This document shows, one piece after another, positions 20,516-30,847 of a stretch of 64,000 nucleotides of DNA. Position 1 is the first letter of the stretch. Every line of letters begins with the position of its first letter. The DNA comes from Methanothrix sp. Lineage in GTDB: Archaea > Halobacteriota > Methanosarcinia > Methanotrichales > Methanotrichaceae. The notes under the pieces were generated by a model. The model did no database searches. It worked only from the letters and a program-made list of their open reading frames with translations, and was not told the DNA's origin. The DNA is taken from positions 1 to 64,000 of the forward strand of contig JBAXWY010000006.1 of NCBI GenBank assembly GCA_037128175.1. The letters run 5' to 3'. The position numbers and the translations under genes were made by a program.

Positions 20516-20932
20516 TTGGACCAATGCCTGGCAGCTTTAGAGAAACGATTTGGTGAGGAGCCTTATGCCAAGATTTTCGGCATTCGGATTGTGCAGCTTG
20601 AGGCGGGCCGCGCTCTTCTCAAGATGAAGACTTCCGAGAATATGAATAACCTCTTCGGCACGACCCATGGAGCTGCCATCTTCTCGCTGGTGGATGCCGC
20701 TTTCGAGCTGGCCGTCAACTCGCACGGCACCGTGGCTGTGGCCTTAGGCGTGAATATGAATTACCTCAGCGCGCCCCTGGCCGGCGAGGAATTGCAGGCC
20801 GAAGGGCGCGAGGTCACTCGCTCTCGAAAGATCTCAGCCTGCCAGATTACCGTCACCGGCGAAGACGGGCGATTGATCGCGACCTGCCAGGCCCTGGCTT
20901 ACCGAAAGAAGGACAAATTGCCCTTCCTTTGA
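20516..20932 (+). CDS. PaaI-family hotdog-fold thioesterase
   Basis: NLFGTTHGAAIFSLVD. Confidence 0.92.
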   Translation: MDQCLAALEKRFGEEPYAKIFGIRIVQLEAGRALLKMKTSENMNNLFGTTHGAAIFSLVDAAFELAVNSHGTVAVALGVNMNYLSAPLAGEELQAEGREVTRSRKISACQITVTGEDGRLIATCQALAYRKKDKLPFL

Positions 20933-20971
20933 AGCAGAGTTTATATTCCATCGCTGCCCTTAGCCCAGGCA

Positions 20972-22195
20972 ATGAGACTAGCGTCCTGCATAAAAAAGTA
21001 CAAAGACGATACCCACCGGGCAATGCCTCCTGAGGAGACGCTAAAACGTGCCGAGGCCAAATTGCCTGCAGCCGGGATCACCAGAGTGGCGGACATAACC
21101 AATCTGGACCGAATCGGCATTCCCGTCTTCTCCTCCATCCGGCCCATGGCCGATAAAGGTGCGGTCTCCGTTTACAATGGCAAAGGAGCCACGCCCACCG
21201 AGGCTAAAGTATCGGCCATGATGGAGGGCCTGGAGCGCTACTCTGCCGAATTGAGAGACAGGGAGCTTAAAATCGACTGCTTCTCCCATCTTGACACCGC
21301 GCTGGACCCAAGCGATCTGATCCTGCCGGAGGGGGCAGATCCGGATGCCATGATACCCTGGATTTCCGGCTGGGACATAATGAACGATGAGGAGATTTTA
21401 GTTCCGGCCAATGCGGTTTTTCATCCCCTGCCCGCAGATTACAAACGCCTATTTAGAACAAATACCAGTGGCCTGGCCTCAGGCAATGTGATTGAAGAGG
21501 CGATATTCCACGGCCTGGCCGAAGTTATAGAAAGAGATGCCTGGGCTCTGGTGGAGGCGACGAGGATGACCGGCCCCCTAATTTGCGACATTGAGGACGA
21601 CCAGGCAAAAGACCTCCTGGATAAATTCGCGGCAGCCGAGGTGGATGTCTATCTGAGGGATATCACCAGCGACATTGGCATTCCTACCTGCGCGGCGGCG
21701 GCCGATGATGTCCGGCTGCGCGATCCGACTCTTCTCACCACCGGCATGGGCACCCACACCAGCGCCGTAGTGGCGGTGCTGCGCGCCCTCACTGAGGTGG
21801 CGCAAAGCCGTCTTACCCAGATTCACGGGGCAAGAGAAGATACAACAATAGCAGATTTCCGAAAGCAGATCGGCTACGATCGGACCAAGAGGCTTAACAA
21901 GCACTGGTTTGAAGCAACCGATACAAAGAAGTTTGCCGAAATTGAATCCTTTGAGAGCGATGACTTCCTGCTGGACATAAAATACATGCTAAATAAGCTG
22001 GGGGAGGCAGGCCTTGATCGAGTCGTGGTAGTGGATTTGACTCGCGAGGAGATCGGCCTTCCCGTGGTCAGGGTGATTGTGCCAGGGCTTGAGATATCTG
22101 CCGTGGACCCGGAAAGGGTGGGAAAGAGGTGCAAAGATGCCCGCAAAAACGCCAGGAATAGTCGTCTTCCTAGGGCCAAGTCTCTCCAGGGATAA
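20972..22195 (+). CDS. ycaO: YcaO McrA-glycine thioamidation protein (methanogenesis marker 1)
   Basis: [45 protein letters not shown]; adjacent to tfuA. Confidence 0.95.
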   Translation: MRLASCIKKYKDDTHRAMPPEETLKRAEAKLPAAGITRVADITNLDRIGIPVFSSIRPMADKGAVSVYNGKGATPTEAKVSAMMEGLERYSAELRDRELKIDCFSHLDTALDPSDLILPEGADPDAMIPWISGWDIMNDEEILVPANAVFHPLPADYKRLFRTNTSGLASGNVIEEAIFHGLAEVIERDAWALVEATRMTGPLICDIEDDQAKDLLDKFAAAEVDVYLRDITSDIGIPTCAAAADDVRLRDPTLLTTGMGTHTSAVVAVLRALTEVAQSRLTQIHGAREDTTIADFRKQIGYDRTKRLNKHWFEATDTKKFAEIESFESDDFLLDIKYMLNKLGEAGLDRVVVVDLTREEIGLPVVRVIVPGLEISAVDPERVGKRCKDARKNARNSRLPRAKSLQG

Positions 22196-22805
22196 GGCGG
22201 AGCCGGTTTTAGAGGCTGACTACCGGCCACCGGCCAAACGGGGCGACCTTTACCTGGCTGCCAGGGAAGGGGCAGAGATCATTCTGCTCATCGATGGCGT
22301 CTTCTTTCAGGAATGCTCCGTGGCTCACAAGGAGGTAATCTATGCCCTGGAGGCGGGGGCAAAGGTCCTGGGCGCTTCCAGCATGGGGGCCTTGCGCGCC
22401 TCGGAACTGGACATTTACGGCATGGAGGGCATAGGCAGAATTTATCAGGCTTACAAGAGCGGCCATCTGGTCTCGGATGACGAAGTGGCTCTAGTCTTCG
22501 ACCCGTTCTCCTATGAGCCCAGTTCCGAGCCGCTGGTGAACATTCGCTTCAATTTGGATTTGGCCTGGCAGATGGGTGTAATTAGCGCTTCTTGCAAAGA
22601 CAAGCTCTTCCATTGCGCCGAGGCCCAGTACTTTCCCGATCGAACCTATGAGCGCATGCTTTCTGATGCAGGGACAATGGTGAAGGAAAAGGAGCTGCTG
22701 CGTTTTCGCGATTTTTTGGCCAAAGATAAGCGCGACTTCAAGATGGAGGATGCACTGCTGGCCCTGGAGCGTGTTTGCAGAATGGCGGATGAATGTGGTA
22801 AATGA
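22137..22805 (+). CDS. tfuA: TfuA McrA-glycine thioamidation protein
   Basis: VFLGPSL, IDGVF, HKE, GASSMGALRASEL, SDDEVA. Confidence 0.95.
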   Translation: MPAKTPGIVVFLGPSLSRDKAEPVLEADYRPPAKRGDLYLAAREGAEIILLIDGVFFQECSVAHKEVIYALEAGAKVLGASSMGALRASELDIYGMEGIGRIYQAYKSGHLVSDDEVALVFDPFSYEPSSEPLVNIRFNLDLAWQMGVISASCKDKLFHCAEAQYFPDRTYERMLSDAGTMVKEKELLRFRDFLAKDKRDFKMEDALLALERVCRMADECGK

Positions 22806-22946
22806 TGTTGGTTAAGATCAGATCTTTTTTCCGCGGCCATCGGCAGATAACTCTAAATCAATTTTGATTTAATTAAGATAATACTATTTGGTATATCTAT
22901 TTAAAAAGGTTGAAATAATAGTTTCTCAGACAATGGGGCCAATTCT

Positions 22947-23849
22947 ATGACAATGATACAAGATATTCTCGCTTTAAAAAAGGAACGCCAAGCGACCATC
23001 CTGGCCCATAACTACCAGGTTCCGGAAGTACAGGATGTAGCCGACCTGGTGGGCGACTCCCTGGAGCTCTCCCGGGCGGCTGCCCGACTGGACTCGGAGG
23101 TCATTATCTTTTGCGGAGTGGACTTCATGGCGGAGACGGCAGCCATCCTCTCCCCGCAAAAAAAGGTCGTTTTGCCAGAGAAGGGTGCCTGGTGCCCCAT
23201 GGCCCATATGATCACCCCCGAACAGCTTTGTGATCTCAAAACACTCCATCCGGAAGCTGCCGTGGTTTGCTACGTGAACTCCACTGCAGAGATAAAAGCG
23301 GAAAGCGATGTCTGCTGCACTTCCGCTAATGGCGTGCAGGTGGTAAACTCTCTGTCCGAGAAGGAGGTCATCTTTGTGCCGGACCGGAATCTGGCCGCCT
23401 ACGTTGCCCGCCATACCGATAAGAAGATCATTCCCTGGAACGGCTACTGCTACGTGCACGATCACCTCACCGCGGAAGAGGTGCGCCTCGCCCGATCGGA
23501 GCATCCACGAGCGGAAGTGCTGGTCCACCCGGAGTGCCGGCCAGAGGTCATCGATCAGGCCGATTTCACCTACAGCACAGCCGGAATGGGCAAACATGCC
23601 AAGGCCAGCGCTGCCAGGGAGTTTATCATCGGCACGGAGGCGGGCATGATCTACCGGCTGAAGAAAGAAAATCCGGATAAGGTGTTTTATCCGCTCAGCC
23701 AGAAGGCCATCTGCCAGAATATGAAGAAGACCGACCTCTCCAAGGTCTTGCGGGCGCTGCAAACCTTGCAGCCGCAGGTCACGGTGCCTGAGGAGATCGC
23801 GGTGAAGGCGCGCCGGTCGATTGAGAGGATGCTGGCGGTAAAAATCTGA
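22947..23849 (+). CDS. nadA: Quinolinate synthase
   Basis: LAHNYQ, GDSLELS, CGVDFMAE, YVNS, HPEC, CQNM. Confidence 0.96.
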   Translation: MTMIQDILALKKERQATILAHNYQVPEVQDVADLVGDSLELSRAAARLDSEVIIFCGVDFMAETAAILSPQKKVVLPEKGAWCPMAHMITPEQLCDLKTLHPEAAVVCYVNSTAEIKAESDVCCTSANGVQVVNSLSEKEVIFVPDRNLAAYVARHTDKKIIPWNGYCYVHDHLTAEEVRLARSEHPRAEVLVHPECRPEVIDQADFTYSTAGMGKHAKASAAREFIIGTEAGMIYRLKKENPDKVFYPLSQKAICQNMKKTDLSKVLRALQTLQPQVTVPEEIAVKARRSIERMLAVKI

Positions 23850-23894
23850 GCGATTGGGCGGAAGACCCGATTTTTCATTTTCTTGCAATAAGGC

Positions 23895-24590
23895 TCACGC
23901 GAAGCCGCGAAGGCCTTTGTTGCGTTTTTTGATTGCGATCTCGTGATCCACAGGTTAAAATCTGATTCCTCGCCATTTCGAGTGGATAATAGAATAATCG
24001 AGTCCTCTGTGAGTCCTCCGTGCGCTCTGTGTCTGCGGTGGTGGTAGTTCGTAACCTCTTGGTTATAACCAGCGGCTAACGACGTTTCCACCACAGAGAC
24101 ACCACAGTTCACAGAAGGACGCACAGAGCGACTAACTAACAACTGGAAAAACATAGTAACCTGAGATTAGCAACTGGAAATAGCGAAGAGCCTTAAATCT
24201 TCACCCTGCGATTTGATTTTCGGTTTTTATGCAAGAACGGTTAATATTATTACTACTACGATTATCACCACAAAGGCACAAAGGCACAAAGACGCCACAC
24301 AGACGGATCTGACTATCAGAAAAGGCTAGACTGCAAAGCGGTGGCGCAAAAGGCCCCCCAGGCATGTGCGAACGTGGGAGCGCGCGCGTGCGGGGCGTGT
24401 TCATGGAGGAGCAGCAGACTGAGTCGGTGGCGGCGCCGGGGGGGCGGAATCAACGGGTGGAGGGGATGGGCCCGGATGATCCAGATGCTGCACATCGCGG
24501 TAAATATTATTGATCAGAATACATAAAAACATTAACGAGGGCACGAATTCTACCACAGAGGCGCAGAGCTCACAGAGGACGCACAGAGAA
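23895..24590. repeat. Cluster of short-period (8-11 nt) repeats forming inverted pairs
   Basis: CACAGAG/CACAAAG/CGCGAAG-type units at 23895, 24005, 24088, 24264 and 24552. Confidence 0.75.
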
Positions 24591-24767
24591 CGACGAAATG
24601 ACATTGGGTTTTGGGGAGCAGAATCCAAACCCGACCATCCAAGACCGCGAGGAAGCTGAAAATGCCAGGCTGCTGATGAATGGTGCGGAAGGGTCCCAGG
24701 CGGGTGCCCGGCGGTTCTTACGAATACGGTTAAATACTACTACTGCATGAGATTGGCTGCCTCTTTT

Positions 24768-24852
24768 GCGGGGGTTGCCAAGCCAGGTCAAAGGCGCTGG
24801 ATTCAGGGTCCAGTCACGAAGGTGTTCATGGGTTCGAATCCCATCCCCCGCA
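24768..24852 (+). tRNA. tRNA-Leu(CAG)
   Basis: GCGGGGG/CCCCCGC-A acceptor stem; CTGGA-TTCAGGG-TCCAG anticodon arm; long variable arm; GGTTCGAATCC; TTAAATA TATA box upstream. Confidence 0.96.
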
Positions 24853-25234
24853 CCTAATTACTCTTAATTGTCAACATTGAAAGTCTCTTTGCTTCCCCCT
24901 GAGGAGAGCCTTCGAGCCGAAACACCGTCACTCTTGTCTCCTGCATCCTTCACCCCCATCCTGTCCGGCTCTCCCGCGCCCGGACGCGAGCGACCTCTGG
25001 CGGGGCCCCGAGCCCCAAGAGCGTCGCCCGGAGCGAGGCCCGGCCCGGTGGGCAGCCCGAAACAGCCAAGTCCCCAGGCAGCCCACGAACGGGCTAGTAA
25101 CGGTCAAGGAAGATGATTATCGTTCCCCAAGCCAGCTCTCCGGAGTCATAGTTGCTACAGCCGAAGGACAGCGACTGTCAAGGGATTATGGTGAGATTTA
25201 GGATAGGCGATGGGTCAAATGTCCCTGCAAAAAG

Positions 25235-25288
25235 TCTTTGTGCGTCCTTTGTGAGCTTCGTGATCTTTGTGGTTGGATTCGTTCGTCG
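25235..25288 (-). repeat. Inverted copy of the 24535-24590 repeat
   Basis: Reverse complement acgaatccaaccacaaagatcacgaagctcacaaaggacgcacaaaga versus acgaattctaccacagaggcgcagagctcacagaggacgcacagaga. Confidence 0.75.
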
Positions 25289-25413
25289 TCACTCGGGCAG
25301 ACCGCTGCTAATAGTAACCGTAGATTTGTGCGCTGGCATGTAGACTGGACCGGCAAAGATGAGCTAATATTTCCAATCACCTTACAGATTTAAACCAAGA
25401 AGAATAAGCGGCT

Positions 25414-25588
25414 GTTGCCCGTCCGCAGTCCTGCGGTTTCTGCCGTTGTGGGCGGCGGGCCCGCGTGGCCGGCTTTGCCTCACAATTCGCCGAAGTGACG
25501 CACCGGGCAATACCGACATCATTGGACGAGAGTACGCCCATTCCTTGCTCCTGGCCGCAGCCGCAGGACCGGCGCGAGGACTGGCAAT
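25414..25588 (-). ncRNA. Candidate ~175-nt rod-shaped structured RNA
   Basis: End-to-end nested helices; G-U wobbles mostly favour the minus strand; apical cUUCGg; strand not certain. Confidence 0.5.
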
Positions 25589-25622
25589 GCTTTAATGCCT
25601 GACGGCCCCCAATAATAAACAG

Positions 25623-26048
25623 ATGATTCCCTTCGAGTACCTGGAGCACACCGCCGACATAAAGTTTCGAGCCTACGGAAAAACGCCGGCCGAGATGCTC
25701 TCCAATGCCGCTGCCGCCCTCTTCAAATCCATGGTGGAACCTGCAACGATCGTTGTCAAAGAGAGCTGGAAGGTGGAGCTGAAGGCCTTTGATCTGGAGG
25801 ATCTGGCCTACCAATGGCTCTGTGAAATTGTCTTCCTCTTCGAGACGGAGTCGGCTGTCTTCGCCACCTTTTCCGTCAATCTAGAGCAAGATGGGACTGA
25901 ATCTATGCGGCTTTTGGCAGAGATTGGCGGGGAGAGGATTGACCTAGAGAGACATTCCTTCGAGAATGAGGTCAAGGCCATCACCCGGCACAAGTTTGGC
26001 ATCAAGAAGAATGAGATGTGGTGCATTCAGGTTATTTTGGACGTGTGA
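25623..26048 (+). CDS. Archease
   Basis: FEYLEHTAD, EVKAITRH, C-terminal LDV. Confidence 0.95.
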   Translation: MIPFEYLEHTADIKFRAYGKTPAEMLSNAAAALFKSMVEPATIVVKESWKVELKAFDLEDLAYQWLCEIVFLFETESAVFATFSVNLEQDGTESMRLLAEIGGERIDLERHSFENEVKAITRHKFGIKKNEMWCIQVILDV

Positions 26049-26050
26049 TT

Positions 26051-27478
26051 ATGGCAGAGATCAGCAAGATCAATGATAATACTTACGAGGTGCCCATCGG
26101 CTACCGACCAGGCATGCGCGTGCCTGGACGAATTTTTGTCTCCGCGGCATTGCGGGATATGGTGGAGTCGGGAACAATCGATCAGGTGGCCAACGTTGCC
26201 AACCTGCCCGGCATTGTCAACTACTCCATGGCCATGCCCGATGCCCATCTGGGCTACGGCTTTCCTATCGGCGGCGTGGCTGCCTTTCGCGAGGAGGATG
26301 GCATCATCAGCCCGGGGGGAGTAGGCTTTGATATCAACTGCGGCGTGCGACTGCTACGCACTGATCTGCAGGCAACGAGCGTGCAGCCGCGTATCAATAC
26401 CCTCATCGACGCTCTCTTCGAGGCCATCCCCTCAGGCCTGGGAGCCACGGGCCGGCTGCATGTCAGCGACCAGCAACTGACCGAGGTTTTCACCAACGGC
26501 TCCAAATGGGCCGTGGAGGAGGGCTACGGCGTTGAGGCCGACCTGTCCCACTGCGAGGAGAGCGGACACATGCCGGGAGCCGACCAGGCCCAGGTGAGCG
26601 TGAGAGCACGAAAGCGCGGCCGGCCCCAGCTGGGAACTCTGGGCAGCGGCAACCACTTCCTGGAGATCCAGAGGGTGGAGGAGATCTTTGATGAGCCCGT
26701 GGCCAAAAAATTCGGCCTTTTCAAGGGCCAGATTACGGTTATGATCCACTGCGGCTCACGGGGAGCCGGCCATCAGATCTGCACCGATCATCTGGAGGTT
26801 CTAACACGGGCCGTGAAAAAGTACAACATCGACATTCCCGACAAGCAACTGGCCTGCGCGCCCCTGGGCTCGCCAGAGGCCGACAATTACTTCGGGGCCA
26901 TGGTCTGTGCCGCCAACTACGCCTGGGCCAACCGGCATATCATCGCCCACTGGACGCGAGAGGTCTTCGAGAGATACTTCCCCGGCTCAAAGCTCGATCT
27001 GGTCTATGACGTGGCCCACAACGTGGCTAAGATCGAGGAGCACCAGGTGGATGGAAAACGCGAGCGGCTTTATGTGCATCGCAAAGGGGCCACGCGGGCC
27101 TTCGGCCCCAGCCGGAGTGAAGTGCCCGACTCCTACCGGGGCGTGGGCCAGCCGGTGCTCATACCGGGAACCATGGGAACGTCCTCTTACGTTCTTTGCG
27201 GCAATGACCTGGCCCAGGATCTCACCTTCGGCTCCGCCTGCCATGGCGCGGGCCGGGTCATGAGCCGCAGCCAGGCCCTCAAGCTGTTCACCGGCCAGAA
27301 TGTGAAAGCCGCCTTGAACAGAGACGGCATCGTGGTCAAGGCCACCAGCCTCGGCATGCTGGCCGAGGAGGCCCCTCAGGTCTACAAGCCCTCCGGAGAC
27401 GTGGTGGACGTGGTGCATAATCTGGGCATCGCCACCAAAGTAGCCCGGCTGGTACCTCTGGGTGTGTCCAAGGGATAA
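26051..27478 (+). CDS. rtcB: RNA-splicing ligase RtcB
   Basis: MPDAHLGYGFPIG, DINCG, GNHFLE, HCGSRG, HN, HRKGAT, HGAGR. Confidence 0.97.
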   Translation: MAEISKINDNTYEVPIGYRPGMRVPGRIFVSAALRDMVESGTIDQVANVANLPGIVNYSMAMPDAHLGYGFPIGGVAAFREEDGIISPGGVGFDINCGVRLLRTDLQATSVQPRINTLIDALFEAIPSGLGATGRLHVSDQQLTEVFTNGSKWAVEEGYGVEADLSHCEESGHMPGADQAQVSVRARKRGRPQLGTLGSGNHFLEIQRVEEIFDEPVAKKFGLFKGQITVMIHCGSRGAGHQICTDHLEVLTRAVKKYNIDIPDKQLACAPLGSPEADNYFGAMVCAANYAWANRHIIAHWTREVFERYFPGSKLDLVYDVAHNVAKIEEHQVDGKRERLYVHRKGATRAFGPSRSEVPDSYRGVGQPVLIPGTMGTSSYVLCGNDLAQDLTFGSACHGAGRVMSRSQALKLFTGQNVKAALNRDGIVVKATSLGMLAEEAPQVYKPSGDVVDVVHNLGIATKVARLVPLGVSKG

Positions 27479-27482
27479 CGAG

Positions 27483-28241
27483 ATGAACCTTCGCGTCGTC
27501 CTGGTGGAGCCCCTTTACGAGGGCAATGTGGGCTCCGTGGCCCGGGCCATGAAGAACTTCGGCTTTCACGATCTGGTGCTGGTCAATCCCTGCAAAATCG
27601 AGGACATGGCTTGTGCCATGGCGTCGCACGCCAGAGATGTCCTGCAGATGGCCCGCACCTACACCAGCCTTCCGGAGGCCCTGGCGGGCGCAAACCTGGT
27701 GGTGGGCACTACGGGAAAGAGGCTAGATGAGGCGCAGCATCACCTGCGTCTGCATCTACGCGTGCCCTGCTTCACCCCGGCAACGCTCGCGGAAAAGCTG
27801 AGGGGAAAAGAGGGAACTGTGGCGCTGCTCCTGGGCAGAGAGGACTGCGGCTTGAATTCCGAGGAGCTGGCCCTCTGCGACATGCTGGTCTCCATTCCCA
27901 CCAGCAGCGAGTATCCGGTCATGAACCTCTCCCATTCCGCTGCCGTGCTCTTCTACGAGCTATCCCAAACGGATAACGTAGACGGCAATAAAGTGGAGAT
28001 GGCCAGCGGGGAAAGTCTGGCCCTGCTGCAAGACAAGTCAAGATCGCTTCTCGCTGAAGTCAGCTATCCTGTTCACAAGGTGGAGTTCACCCTGCTCATG
28101 CTGCGCCGCATCTTTGGCAGGGCGGAGCTGACACAGAGAGAGGCGCGCACCCTGCTCGGTTTGATAAAGAGAATTCGCTGGCGGATAGCTGGCTGCGAAA
28201 AGCTGGAAATGCAGGGCGATGATGAAAATGAAAAAAAATGA
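27483..28241 (+). CDS. trmJ: TrmJ/LasT-family SPOUT RNA methyltransferase
   Basis: VVLVEP, GNVGSVARAMKNFG, GREDCGL, MNLSHS. Confidence 0.88.
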   Translation: MNLRVVLVEPLYEGNVGSVARAMKNFGFHDLVLVNPCKIEDMACAMASHARDVLQMARTYTSLPEALAGANLVVGTTGKRLDEAQHHLRLHLRVPCFTPATLAEKLRGKEGTVALLLGREDCGLNSEELALCDMLVSIPTSSEYPVMNLSHSAAVLFYELSQTDNVDGNKVEMASGESLALLQDKSRSLLAEVSYPVHKVEFTLLMLRRIFGRAELTQREARTLLGLIKRIRWRIAGCEKLEMQGDDENEKK

Positions 28242-28252
28242 AGTGAAATAAT

Positions 28253-28747
28253 TCATCGTCTGCAGCAGCCGCCCGCCCTACCTCCCTCCAGGGTCTCGGC
28301 GGTCTTCATGGCAGCCGCAGCCTCCTTTATCCGACCCAGGCAGTGCAAGGCGAGCGCCGTATTATACCAGGCCCCAGAAAAATAAGCGTCCGCGACAATG
28401 GCCGCCTCAAAGCAGCTCAATGCCTCCGTATATTTCTTCTGCTGGGCCAGAACCATGCCCTTATTGCTCAGAGCATGCTTATGCGTTGGTGTGAGCTTAA
28501 GAACCTCTTCGAAGCACTGCAGTGCCTCAGGGAAACGTTCCAAGCTGGCCAGAATCAGGCCCTTGTTGTTCCAGGCGTCGATCAGAGTAGCATCGATGCC
28601 AAGAGCTTGATCGTAGGCTTTGATCGCCTCTTCTCCCTGCCCGCTGTTGCATAGCTCATTTCCTTTCTCAAGCCAAAAGCCGGCAGACTGCGTTTCACTG
28701 GCGGATGGGATCATGAGCACGGAAAAAGCCTGAATTGGAGAGAACAT
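28253..28747 (-). CDS. TPR repeat protein
   Basis: AWNNKG, ALSNKG, AWYN TPR motifs; start codon uncertain. Confidence 0.85.
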   Translation of the reverse strand: MFSPIQAFSVLMIPSASETQSAGFWLEKGNELCNSGQGEEAIKAYDQALGIDATLIDAWNNKGLILASLERFPEALQCFEEVLKLTPTHKHALSNKGMVLAQQKKYTEALSCFEAAIVADAYFSGAWYNTALALHCLGRIKEAAAAMKTAETLEGGRAGGCCRR

Positions 28748-28801
28748 AAACAGGAGAATTGTCTCCTATGGCAAAAAGGTTTCGACGAAGAGAAAATATC
28801 T

Positions 28802-29587
28802 TTAGTCCTGCCTCTTCGCCCTCTTGAAGGCGTCCTCCACTGCATCGCGGATGATGTAGCCGCCCTTGTGCAGCACGGTGTCGCCAAGCTCCGTGTCCCG
28901 CTCCATCGATCCCGTGCAGGGGTAGGAATGATGCGCCTCAGAGATCCTCTCCCGGATGTCGGGCTGATCCGGCTCCAGGCCCAGGAGACGCTTGGCCACA
29001 AACCAGGTGGAGCCGCAGGGCGCTGTGCGCAGCACACTAGCTGCCAGGATGTGGTCTTTTCCCGCCCGGCTCTTTTGCACCGTCACATCGATTAAGGGAT
29101 CGCCAATGCCGGCCTCCATGAGAAAGGCATAAATGTTCGGCTTGGCCGGATCAGGAACCAGGGCGCAAAAGGGCTTGGCAAAGGCCGCCTCCATCCCGAG
29201 CTCCTTAGCCTTCTCCTCCAGTTGCGTTCTCTGGCCCAAAGGAAGATCGCGAGGCGACTCCGAGCCGCCCACAATGCCCTTCACGCCCGCCTCCTTCAGT
29301 TTGGGAAGCAGGCCGAAGAGAATGTCGGGATGAACATTTATGACGAGAGCAATGTCCGCGACAGGGATGTTCTGGGGCAGTAGTGGTTCCACATCATCAA
29401 TGAAGTCCCCCAGGGATGCTGGATCTGGCATCTCCACCAGAGAGACGATGTTCTGGGCATAGCCCGGCCGGACATTCCTGCACTGGGTGCAGGCATCGGC
29501 ACAGGAGATGCAAAAGCCCGAATAGTTGATGAGATTGCCCACAACCCTCTCGCCAAATTCGCCATTGTAGAATACTAGCAGCTTCAA
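28802..29587 (-). CDS. DUF166 family protein
   Basis: HPD, KPFCAL, APCGSTWFVA, HHSYPCTGSM. Confidence 0.85.
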   Translation of the reverse strand: MKLLVFYNGEFGERVVGNLINYSGFCISCADACTQCRNVRPGYAQNIVSLVEMPDPASLGDFIDDVEPLLPQNIPVADIALVINVHPDILFGLLPKLKEAGVKGIVGGSESPRDLPLGQRTQLEEKAKELGMEAAFAKPFCALVPDPAKPNIYAFLMEAGIGDPLIDVTVQKSRAGKDHILAASVLRTAPCGSTWFVAKRLLGLEPDQPDIRERISEAHHSYPCTGSMERDTELGDTVLHKGGYIIRDAVEDAFKRAKRQD

Positions 29588-29719
29588 GCCTTCACCACAC
29601 TATGAATAAACGCATTAACGTCTTTGATATCAAGGTATTTAGCATTGAGCGTTTCTGCAAAGATACCCTTTGCAGGCACGCTGTAAGCAAATCGCGATTT
29701 TAAGGGAAAAAAACGTATT

Positions 29720-30730
29720 TCAGGCTGCCTTTGCCTGGCAGGCCATGTGGCGCGCTGCATAGAGCAATGCAGCAAAGCCCAGGCTCATGGAGATCAATGA
29801 GATCAGACCTCCCACCAAGGGCAGCAGAGAGAGCACATTGAGGATTACAAATCCGATCACGAAGTAGACCAGATCGCTCTGTTTCTTATTTACCCGCTCG
29901 CCAATCCACTTGCCCAGACTGAAGGAGACGAAGGTTCCGCTCAGCATGAGGGCTGCAAAGAATAGCAGAGTTGAGATCACGGCAATGGGCAGCCCCACCA
30001 CCGTTACCGCCACCAGCAGCAAGGCAATAAATGAGGCAATGATCATGACGAAACCCAGCAAGGTCTTGAGCAGGGTCGAGCTTCTCACCTCGCGATCCAC
30101 TGCTTGGACGATGACGGGCAGACACTTGACCAAAATCAATCCCAGAATGAAGTAGCCAAGCATGGCCAGCAGGCTGAAGATGTTAAAGCCCATATCATAA
30201 TCCTCGTTCTTTTGAGATTGATCTTCTACCTTGTGGAAATTCACCTTTCCCGCCGAGCCGGTGTTATTGAATTGGTTGGCGCTGACGGTGAGGGTGCCGT
30301 TTACCTGTCCCGCGTTAACCACCTGGCCGCCGCCGATGAGAGCATCTCTCTCAATTGTATTGCCGGGAAGGATGTTCACCTGGCCGCCTAGAGCCACCAG
30401 ATTGGTGCCGATGTTGCCGCCCAGGTTGACATTTCCGCCCGCAGCTACAACCTTTCCCCCCACGTTCGCGTTGACATAAACCTGGCCACCGGCGGCGATT
30501 ACATCCCCCTTCACCGGGGCATTGATGTTCACAGTGCCGCCGGCAACTATGGCCGAGTCCACCGGGGCATTGATGCTCACCATGTTGCCCGCTGCGATGA
30601 TGTCGTCGGCAACAGCCGTGTCTACAGAGATTGTATCACCAGAAAAAACCTGCAATGCCTGCCCTGGTGAGCAGAGCAGAACAAGAGTCATCAAAACGAG
30701 AATTGCTTTAATACACTTCATCCCATTCAC
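29720..30730 (-). CDS. Secreted bactofilin-like beta-helix repeat domain fused to a multi-TM region
   Basis: Signal peptide; repeated AAGGxVxI units; about 5 C-terminal TM helices. Confidence 0.8.
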   Translation of the reverse strand: MNGMKCIKAILVLMTLVLLCSPGQALQVFSGDTISVDTAVADDIIAAGNMVSINAPVDSAIVAGGTVNINAPVKGDVIAAGGQVYVNANVGGKVVAAGGNVNLGGNIGTNLVALGGQVNILPGNTIERDALIGGGQVVNAGQVNGTLTVSANQFNNTGSAGKVNFHKVEDQSQKNEDYDMGFNIFSLLAMLGYFILGLILVKCLPVIVQAVDREVRSSTLLKTLLGFVMIIASFIALLLVAVTVVGLPIAVISTLLFFAALMLSGTFVSFSLGKWIGERVNKKQSDLVYFVIGFVILNVLSLLPLVGGLISLISMSLGFAALLYAARHMACQAKAA

Positions 30731-30847
30731 CTCAATTAAATTGCATTTTATCCAATAAATAACCCATGTATGAGTTTTATAGCATTTTTTCGTTTTGTTA
30801 TTTATTGAATCAGAAAAGATTTATCATACAATTGCTCGTAGAATAAT

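Noticed and set aside
23895-24590. CRISPR array
   Set aside because: The repeats are degenerate, inverted and irregularly spaced; no cas genes.
23687-25380. Small ORFs around tRNA-Leu
   Set aside because: Low-complexity translations of the repeats and the tRNA.
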